A stretch of DNA of 64,000 nucleotides. Origin: an uncultured Bacteroidota bacterium. Its GTDB lineage: Bacteria; Bacteroidota; Ignavibacteria; UBA10030; UBA6906. Of this stretch, positions 58,162 through 64,000 are shown in pieces (within the stretch, counting starts at the first letter, position 1; every line of letters starts with the position of its first letter). The notes under the pieces are model-generated. The model was not told the origin of the DNA, did not search any database, and saw only the letters and a list, made by a program, of their open reading frames with translations. The stretch is from contig CAVQPT010000006.1 in the NCBI GenBank assembly GCA_963714855.1, positions 188,734 to 252,733 on the forward strand. The letters run 5' to 3'. Both the position numbers and the translations under genes were made by a program.

Positions 58162-58491
58162 TCAGCCGCCGCGTTGACGGGGGAGTGATGAGGTGTTCCG
58201 GTTCAGCGGGGCGATGTCGATTGACCTGAATGCGGGATAGACGCTCAATCGATCACCCGCGATCACGAGGTCATCCAACCTGGCGGGCGTACTGTTGCGC
58301 AGCACAAGCGCAACCTCGTCTGCGGGGACGCCCGAGCGGTTCAGAAGTTCGCCAACGGTTGTCCCTTCATCCGTCTGCACTGCGGTATCGGTGAAGCGTT
58401 GGTGCTGGGGGATGTGATCGTTCAGGCCGCCATAGAATCGGACACGCGCAACCGGAATCGTCGCAGACCTCTCAGAGTCCTTTGACGACAT
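58162..58491 (-). CDS. Mut7-C-type ubiquitin-like (beta-grasp, MoaD/ThiS superfamily) small protein, C-terminus …RQRGG
   Basis: VRFYGGLNDHIP…TTVGELLNRSGVPADEVALVLRNSTPARLDDLVIAGDRLSVYP matches the Ub-Mut7C pattern (rFYgeLndflp…GvPh.EVdlilvNG…l.dGDrvavYP). Its start overlaps the 3' end of the GYD gene by 20 nt. High GC3. Confidence 0.55.
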   Translation of the reverse strand: MSSKDSERSATIPVARVRFYGGLNDHIPQHQRFTDTAVQTDEGTTVGELLNRSGVPADEVALVLRNSTPARLDDLVIAGDRLSVYPAFRSIDIAPLNRNTSSLPRQRGG

Positions 58492-58768
58492 CGAGGAAAT
58501 CCTTGTAGCGAAGGGCGGACCATGTTTCTGCTTTTACCGCACCTTTTGCCATCGTAATCATCGACACTTTTGCTGCCACGCGTTCATCGGGAGCTTCATA
58601 GATGTCCATGAAGTCGAACGATCCGAGAAGCGCGTAGTGGTCGACCCATTTCACTTCCGGGCATTTCTTCTTTACCTCAGCGAACCACTTCCGTCCGACC
58701 TGTTCACGGTGGCGCGGTGTGCCGAGGCTGTTTGACGAAAGTTGTGTCAGGAGGATATATGTTGCCAT
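58472..58768 (-). CDS. GYD-domain protein (98 aa)
   Basis: ATG at 58768 preceded by gaggagg. MATYILLTQLSS…VKWVDHYALLGSFDFMDIYEAPDERVAAKVSMI… is typical of the GYD family. Confidence 0.75.
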   Translation of the reverse strand: MATYILLTQLSSNSLGTPRHREQVGRKWFAEVKKKCPEVKWVDHYALLGSFDFMDIYEAPDERVAAKVSMITMAKGAVKAETWSALRYKDFLDVVKGL

Positions 58769-59022
58769 GTGGACCTCCTCGTCATGTGGATGAAGGGAGA
58801 GGGGGGAAGGAGCATCAGGTGGAATGTAGCCACACAGGCGCCGAATAGCAAGCACGTCGGCGTCATCAGCCTCAGTGAATATGTCCGATCCCGATCGTTG
58901 GGTCCCTCTTGACGTCGCAGCAGGCCACGCTTGTGGATCGCGCCTGTATATTCAGCGATGAGTTGGGCCCCTTCCGCGGCTTGCGAAACAGGCCGCGGAG
59001 AGGGTGCCCTTCGTCAGAGTCC

Positions 59023-59583
59023 TTACCGCGGCCACAACCAGCCAAACGTCCCTGCCGTCACAAGTGCATACAGAAGGCCATCGAATGTGTTCTTCATCGT
59101 GACACCCAGCGGCCGTTTGTACCAGATCGATTCCTGCCATCCTGCGAGCGTGTAGCTGACAAACGCCGTCACTCCCGCAAAGCGAAAGACTGCCAGATAG
59201 TGCGCGCCCGGTTCCAGTGCCCTGCCAGATACATACGCCGCGAAGATTCCCACGACAATCGAGTAGACGAACCACTGGAACAAGTACGGAGCCATCGACA
59301 TCCTTCCTCCGGGCCAGATACTGAGCAACGCCCCGGGGCCTCGCTTCTGTTTTTCCTGGAACGCAGGCGAACTCATCTCTTTCATGCTTGAGGCGTGCGG
59401 AATATTGTACTGCCCCGGGGGAATGGTGAATTTACGGAGGGCATCCGCAACGGCGTCTTCATCAGGCAGCTTCCTGAAATCGTTGGCATGGTAGCCCAGG
59501 AACATGTGAATGATGGAGCTCAGGATGAACACAAAAACCGCCGAGAGAAGGATCGGGAGCCAGAGAGAGAGGATGGGAATCAT
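59023..59583 (-). CDS. Hypothetical 4-TM membrane protein (186 aa)
   Basis: Four strong hydrophobic helices. Intact, with good codon bias. Confidence 0.5.
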   Translation of the reverse strand: MIPILSLWLPILLSAVFVFILSSIIHMFLGYHANDFRKLPDEDAVADALRKFTIPPGQYNIPHASSMKEMSSPAFQEKQKRGPGALLSIWPGGRMSMAPYLFQWFVYSIVVGIFAAYVSGRALEPGAHYLAVFRFAGVTAFVSYTLAGWQESIWYKRPLGVTMKNTFDGLLYALVTAGTFGWLWPR

Positions 59584-59762
59584 AAGGACCTCCAGATGTG
59601 GGCAAAGAACAGTGGGATGCAGGGGGAATAATAGGATTTTTCAGCGGAGGAGGCAAGTGGTTTCAGGGTCCCGTTCATCAATTTCGGCGATCGAGCATCT
59701 TTTCGCCCGTGCGCTAAAATGGCAAACAAACGCGCAGGGAAGTCAAGATTTTGGGGGTCAAT

Positions 59763-59799
59763 CCGGGTATCGTATACCCACTACATACGATAGACCCGG
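59763..59799. promoter_or_regulatory. Candidate operator: inverted repeat TATCGTAT-N9-ATACGATA with flanking CCGGG arms, about 75 nt upstream of the 59874 gene
   Basis: Perfect 8-bp half-sites at 59768-59775 and 59785-59792 with a 9-nt spacer, plus imperfect GC-rich extension of the arms. It lies in the intergenic region between divergent genes. Confidence 0.35.
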
Positions 59800-59873
59800 G
59801 GCGCACGTTTCTGTGCGGACTCCCGGGGCCTAAATTCACACATCTATGGTATCAGCGGAAGGAATCAACCACG

Positions 59874-60392
59874 ATGCAACCCAGATCGCGATATCTCTAC
59901 TTCCTGGCGTGTCTCGGGATGCTGCTCATCGCAGCGGGGCCTCTGACGGGGGCGAAGGCACAGGTGAAAAAGGCGTCAACAGCGGAGCTTACCCAACAAG
60001 CGGAAGTTGTCGCCGTGGGGAAAGTTGCCGAGATCCAATCGGAATGGAATGCGACACAGACCATGATTCGTACCAGAGTGTCCATCTCTGTTGATGATTT
60101 CATCAAGGGTAACGAACCAGGCGGAACTATCACGGTCTATGTGCCGGGTGGCGAGATCGGCACTGTGGGTGAACTCTACAGCCATACGCCGAAATTCTCG
60201 AGCAAAGAAGAAGTGGTTGTCTTTGCGGCGAAGAATAAAGAGGGCCGTTACGCGGTTTCGGGTGGGCCGGAAGGCAAATTCTCCGTGAGGCGTGATGCCG
60301 CCACAGGACAACGGATGGTGACGGAGACCATGAGCCTCGAGCAGCTGACGAACGACGTCCGTGCTGCTTCACTGGAGATCAAAGGAAACTAG
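59874..60392 (+). CDS. Secreted hypothetical protein (172 aa)
   Basis: ATG at 59874 with ggaagga upstream. Signal peptide MQPRSRYLYFLACLGMLLIAAGPLTGAKA, and a beta-rich mature region. Confidence 0.5.
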   Translation: MQPRSRYLYFLACLGMLLIAAGPLTGAKAQVKKASTAELTQQAEVVAVGKVAEIQSEWNATQTMIRTRVSISVDDFIKGNEPGGTITVYVPGGEIGTVGELYSHTPKFSSKEEVVVFAAKNKEGRYAVSGGPEGKFSVRRDAATGQRMVTETMSLEQLTNDVRAASLEIKGN

Positions 60393-60397
60393 AGACC

Positions 60398-60434
60398 CGG
60401 GTCTGCCCGCCGGAGAGGTTTTTTTTCGGTGCTG
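60398..60434 (+). terminator. Possible terminator: GC-rich palindromes (GACCCGGGTC…CCCGCCGG) followed by a T8 tract
   Basis: T8 at 60419-60426, directly after a GC-rich segment, beginning 6 nt downstream of the stop at 60392. The stem is not clean. Confidence 0.35.
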
Positions 60435-60504
60435 CGGCCTGATGCGTGCTCGTTTCCGATGTTCACCCAGTTCCTTGTCAAACATCCTATTCTCTGGAGC
60501 CCCC

Positions 60505-63500
60505 ATGAAAAACCGTACGGCGATACTACTCATGTTGTTTTTGCTCATCCCGGCCGTTCTGGCAGCAGCAACCTTTACGGTCACGAACACCAATGATGCG
60601 GGGGCAGGATCGCTCCGCCAGGCCATTCTCGATGCCAATGCCGCTGTGGGAGCGGACAATATTTCATTCGCCATCCCCGGTGCTGGAGTTCAATCCATAG
60701 TCCTTGTCACGCCCCTCCCTCAAGTGCTGGGCGAGACCGTGATCGATGGCTACACCCAGCCGGGGTCCTCGGCCAACTCCCTGACGGTGGGTAATAATGC
60801 AGTGATATTGATCGAGATCAACGGGAACCACACCGCCGGCGACGGAGTTCTCGATATCCGTGGTGGAAACAGCGTCGTTCGCGGGCTTGTGGTGAATCGC
60901 GGCAATACGGCGGGGATCTCACTGGGAAGCGACAACAACACCCTGGAAGGGTGTTTCATCGGAACGGACCCCACGGGAATGATCGATCTGGGGAATGCAG
61001 CCGATGGTGTGTTCATTGCGAACTATTTCGCGACCGGGAACGGTAATCACATCGGGGGTCCGACCCCGGCTGCCCGCAACGTCATATCGGGGAACGGCAG
61101 AAGGGGGATGACGTTTGATCAGACTTCCAATGGGACGGTTGAGAACAATTACATCGGTACAAACGCGGCAGGAACCGGGGCTCTTGGAAACGACGATGCC
61201 GGCATCGTGATGTTTGTCACCGGTGGACACAGAATCGGCGGGCCCACTGCAGCTTCACGAAATGTCATTTCAGGCAACGCCACCGACGGCCTCGCGGTTC
61301 AGTCTTCGTCGAACATGATTCAAAACAACTACATCGGTACGAATGCCACTGGCAGCACCGGAATCGGCAATGGTGGCAATGGCATCCACCTCGTGAGCGG
61401 TACGCTCCTTCCGTGGGGCATTGTGTATCATTCCGACAACAATACAATTGGCGGGGTTGGAGCAGGAAACGTTGTCTCGGGAAATGGTAATGTGGGGGTG
61501 TACGTACATAATGCGGGCTTCGTTCCTGATGGAAATATTATCCGGGGAAACCGTCTGGGGACAGCGGCGGACGGAACTGCAGCGTTGGCCAACAATCATG
61601 GGATATGGCTTGGCACACCGACCAATACCGTCATTGGTGGCACGAATGCCGGTGAGGGAAACCTGATCTCCGGTAACCGGTATCACGGGATTCTCGTGAC
61701 GGGCAGTAACACTGTTATTCAAGGAAACACTATCGGGGCGAATCTTTCGGGAACGGGCGCCCTTTCGAATGGCTCAGCGGGGAACGGTGAGTACTGGTCC
61801 GGGATCCTGGTCGACAGCCCCTCGTCGAATACTGTCATCGGGGGAGCACCATCCACTGCACGTAACATTATCTCCGGCAACAAAGGGGACGGCATAGCAC
61901 TATGGAACGGCGCAACCGATGGGGTCACCATTCTCGGTAACTACATCGGCGTGGGCGCAGATGGAACGACTCCTCTTGGAAATTTCACGGACCCAGAGGT
62001 TGCCTGGTACGGCACGGGTGTTTCCGTTCGCAACTACGCCACGAACACTACGGTGGGCGGGCTCGGTGCCGGCGAAGGAAACATCATTGCATACTCAACC
62101 AACTATGGTGTTGTCTCATTCAGCGGGAGCGGGCTCACGATCCGTGGCAACGCGATTCACGACAACTCTCAGCAGGGTATATGGGTTGGGGGGCAGCTTG
62201 GCGTGGTTATCGCAGGCAATGATATCCGCTTGAACGCAATTGGCGTGGCGCTGTACGACGGTGCCACACAAACGACGGTTGGTGGGACAACCCCCGGAAC
62301 CGGGAACGTCATTACACAGAACAACGGTGCTGGTGTCCTGCTCGCGAGCACAACCGGCCCGCGAAATGCCGTTCTTGGCAACTCCATCTTTTCCAACGGC
62401 GGTTTGGGTATCGATCTCGGCGGCGACGGCGTGGGGAACTCTTCGGGGGTGAACGGCGGGCAGATCGCGCCGGTACTCAATTCCGCGCAGCTCGAACTGG
62501 GCACCATTCAGGGTAGCCTTCAGGGTGCGCCCAACACCACGTACCATGCCGAGTTCTTCTCCAATACCGGTGGCGATCTGGCGGAGGGCCAGTATTTCCT
62601 CGGCTCCGCGCCTATCCCCACTGACGCACTGGGCAATGGTTCATTTACTGTCGCCCTCCCCGGCCTGACCGCCGGGACGTATCTTACAGCGACCTCGACC
62701 GATCCTGACAACAACAGTTCAGAATTCTCGGGCGCAGTTGGGGTGGGTGAACTCACCAAATACTATGGTGACCACTTTGTCGTGAATACGACGCTGGCCG
62801 GTGTTCCGCTGCATTGGCGCGGAGGAAGTGCGACGTACCACATTTCGAGTACCGTTCCTACAACCACGTCTGATTTCGTCGGTGCGATCCGCCAGGCATT
62901 TGCAGAGTGGACACTTGCACCCCCGGCGAGCTATACCGAAAATACCCTGGTTGTTCCTGACTATCATGTGTTCGCCGGTAACATCGACGGCGTCAACAAT
63001 ATCGTGTATGTCAGTCCGGACAACGCGTCGCTGTGGCCTGGAAGCGCCACGTCTGACGCATGGACGGCCGCAACAGGTGGAGCCGATCCGAACGTGATTG
63101 CGCTGACAAGGGTGCGCTACAACACCCTGAACGGCGAGATAACGGATGCGGATATTGCTATCAATGCAGTCAATCCGCTCTTCCAGTATTCTACAGACGG
63201 CACAACGCTCGGCTTCCTGGATATGCAGAATGTGATCACCCATGAAGCAGGGCACTTTGGCGGCATGGGAGACATTTACAATCTTGGTGACGCCCCGTAT
63301 GTCGTGGAAATGGGTTCGGGGAATCAGGATGTCGCTATGTACGGCATCATCAAGGGGTCTTCGGTCACGGGAGTCGTCGAAACCAAGAAGCGTGTCATAC
63401 AAGCTCCTGACAAGGCGGGTATCAGTTTCATATACGGAAGCCTGCCGCCGTCAGGGATTGATGTCGTCATTCTCATTGACGGCTCGACAACGTTTGCCTC

Positions 63501-64000
63501 AAGCTATAATGGATTCTCCCCCTCGTTGAAGGGTGCACAAAACCTCGTGCTGAACATGAGGGATGGTGATCGGGTAGGCATTGTGAAGCTCCCGAACACC
63601 ACTGTTCTCGGCCTGACGCCTGTGAGCACCGGGAGAGGTGCTGTCCTCGCAGCGTTGGCTGGACTTACTGTCGGGGGCACAAGCGGCATCGGGCAGGGAC
63701 TACAGGTTGCAAGCGGGCTTCTGACCGGCGCAACCCAGAGCATGAATCAGAGGGCTATGCTTCTCTTCAGTGCCGGGGAAGAAACCGGCGCACCGGGAGC
63801 TCTGACGTCGGGTGTGCTTTCGACTGTGCAGGCGGCCGGAGCGCAGGTCTACACGATGGGTTTTGCCGGGAGTTTTGGCCAGACGCTTGGTGCTAACCTT
63901 GCACAGTACTCGGGTGGAGGGTACTACCTTGCCAGTGATCCCACTGCACCCGGCGGCATAGTGACCTCCGACGCGAAGATGATAAACGTCGTGGATCAGG
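60505..64000 (+). CDS. Giant secreted adhesin-like protein, 3'-truncated by the window edge (more than 1165 aa): CSLREA-like N-terminus, parallel beta-helix repeats, HExxH metalloprotease-like segment, vWA domain
   Basis: Frame 1 is open from the ATG at 60505 to the window end. It is not in the ORF track because it has no stop; spot translations at 61021, 62401 and 63961 are in frame. Signal peptide, then TFTVTNTNDAGAGSLRQAILDANA (CSLREA-like). Many NxISGN/GxxGI parallel beta-helix repeats. Also VITHEAGHFGGMGD (HExxH), and IDVVILIDGSTTFASS (vWA MIDAS DxSxT). Confidence 0.85.
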   Translation, partial: MKNRTAILLMLFLLIPAVLAAATFTVTNTNDAGAGSLRQAILDANAAVGADNISFAIPGAGVQSIVLVTPLPQVLGETVIDGYTQPGSSANSLTVGNNAVILIEINGNHTAGDGVLDIRGGNSVVRGLVVNRGNTAGISLGSDNNTLEGCFIGTDPTGMIDLGNAADGVFIANYFATGNGNHIGGPTPAARNVISGNGRRGMTFDQTSNGTVENNYIGTNAAGTGALGNDDAGIVMFVTGGHRIGGPTAASRNVISGNATDGLAVQSSSNMIQNNYIGTNATGSTGIGNGGNGIHLVSGTLLPWGIVYHSDNNTIGGVGAGNVVSGNGNVGVYVHNAGFVPDGNIIRGNRLGTAADGTAALANNHGIWLGTPTNTVIGGTNAGEGNLISGNRYHGILVTGSNTVIQGNTIGANLSGTGALSNGSAGNGEYWSGILVDSPSSNTVIGGAPSTARNIISGNKGDGIALWNGATDGVTILGNYIGVGADGTTPLGNFTDPEVAWYGTGVSVRNYATNTTVGGLGAGEGNIIAYSTNYGVVSFSGSGLTIRGNAIHDNSQQGIWVGGQLGVVIAGNDIRLNAIGVALYDGATQTTVGGTTPGTGNVITQNNGAGVLLASTTGPRNAVLGNSIFSNGGLGIDLGGDGVGNSSGVNGGQIAPVLNSAQLELGTIQGSLQGAPNTTYHAEFFSNTGGDLAEGQYFLGSAPIPTDALGNGSFTVALPGLTAGTYLTATSTDPDNNSSEFSGAVGVGELTKYYGDHFVVNTTLAGVPLHWRGGSATYHISSTVPTTTSDFVGAIRQAFAEWTLAPPASYTENTLVVPDYHVFAGNIDGVNNIVYVSPDNASLWPGSATSDAWTAATGGADPNVIALTRVRYNTLNGEITDADIAINAVNPLFQYSTDGTTLGFLDMQNVITHEAGHFGGMGDIYNLGDAPYVVEMGSGNQDVAMYGIIKGSSVTGVVETKKRVIQAPDKAGISFIYGSLPPSGIDVVILIDGSTTFASSYNGFSPSLKGAQNLVLNMRDGDRVGIVKLPNTTVLGLTPVSTGRGAVLAALAGLTVGGTSGIGQGLQVASGLLTGATQSMNQRAMLLFSAGEETGAPGALTSGVLSTVQAAGAQVYTMGFAGSFGQTLGANLAQYSGGGYYLASDPTAPGGIVTSDAKMINVVDQ

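Noticed and set aside
60750-63402. Several minus-strand ORFs of 60-230 aa antisense to the giant adhesin gene
   Set aside because: The plus-strand frame is open for 3.5 kb with repetitive beta-helix motifs. The antisense ORFs are artefacts of repetitive GC-rich sequence.
1-64000. CRISPR arrays, IS elements, integrases or tRNA genes
   Set aside because: No regularly spaced direct repeats, no transposase/integrase/recombinase-like ORFs and no tRNA-like cloverleaf candidates were seen. The only repeats are the two hairpin motifs and the 44-bp tandem duplication.

Overview
High-GC (~60%+) bacterial chromosomal segment, probably from an FCB-superphylum organism. The evidence for that placement is two Por/T9SS C-terminal sorting domains, two CarbD-TonB receptors, a tricorn protease, and many genes lacking a Shine-Dalgarno sequence. 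I call about 50 protein-coding genes and no rRNA, tRNA, CRISPR array or obvious mobile element. The content is mostly accessory or niche functions:
- TonB receptors.
- A small L-arabinose catabolic cluster: araB-araD-isomerase-dehydrogenase.
- A GxGYxYP hydrolase and a heparinase-like protein.
- An ECF sigma/anti-sigma/DUF4097 operon.
- MacAB-type ABC exporter genes next to a NarL-type two-component system.
- ars genes (ACR3 + ArsC).
- A truncated crcB with a DUF190 gene.
- A tricorn protease.
- A 3'-truncated giant beta-helix/vWA adhesin.

The standout is a 1867-aa ORF at 40517-46120 (minus strand). It fuses two tandem fold-type-I PLP-aminotransferase-like modules to a full-length but divergent phosphoenolpyruvate-carboxylase-like module. 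It sits immediately downstream of a flotillin/SPFH-like gene. I do not recognise this architecture as a described family.

Other points of note:
- A sodium:solute symporter gene is broken by at least 10 frameshifts.
- A 14-nt motif is shared by hairpins at two convergent gene ends.
- The 3' end of a T9SS substrate gene is tandemly duplicated.

All calls are from manual translation and motif recognition only. No database search was possible.
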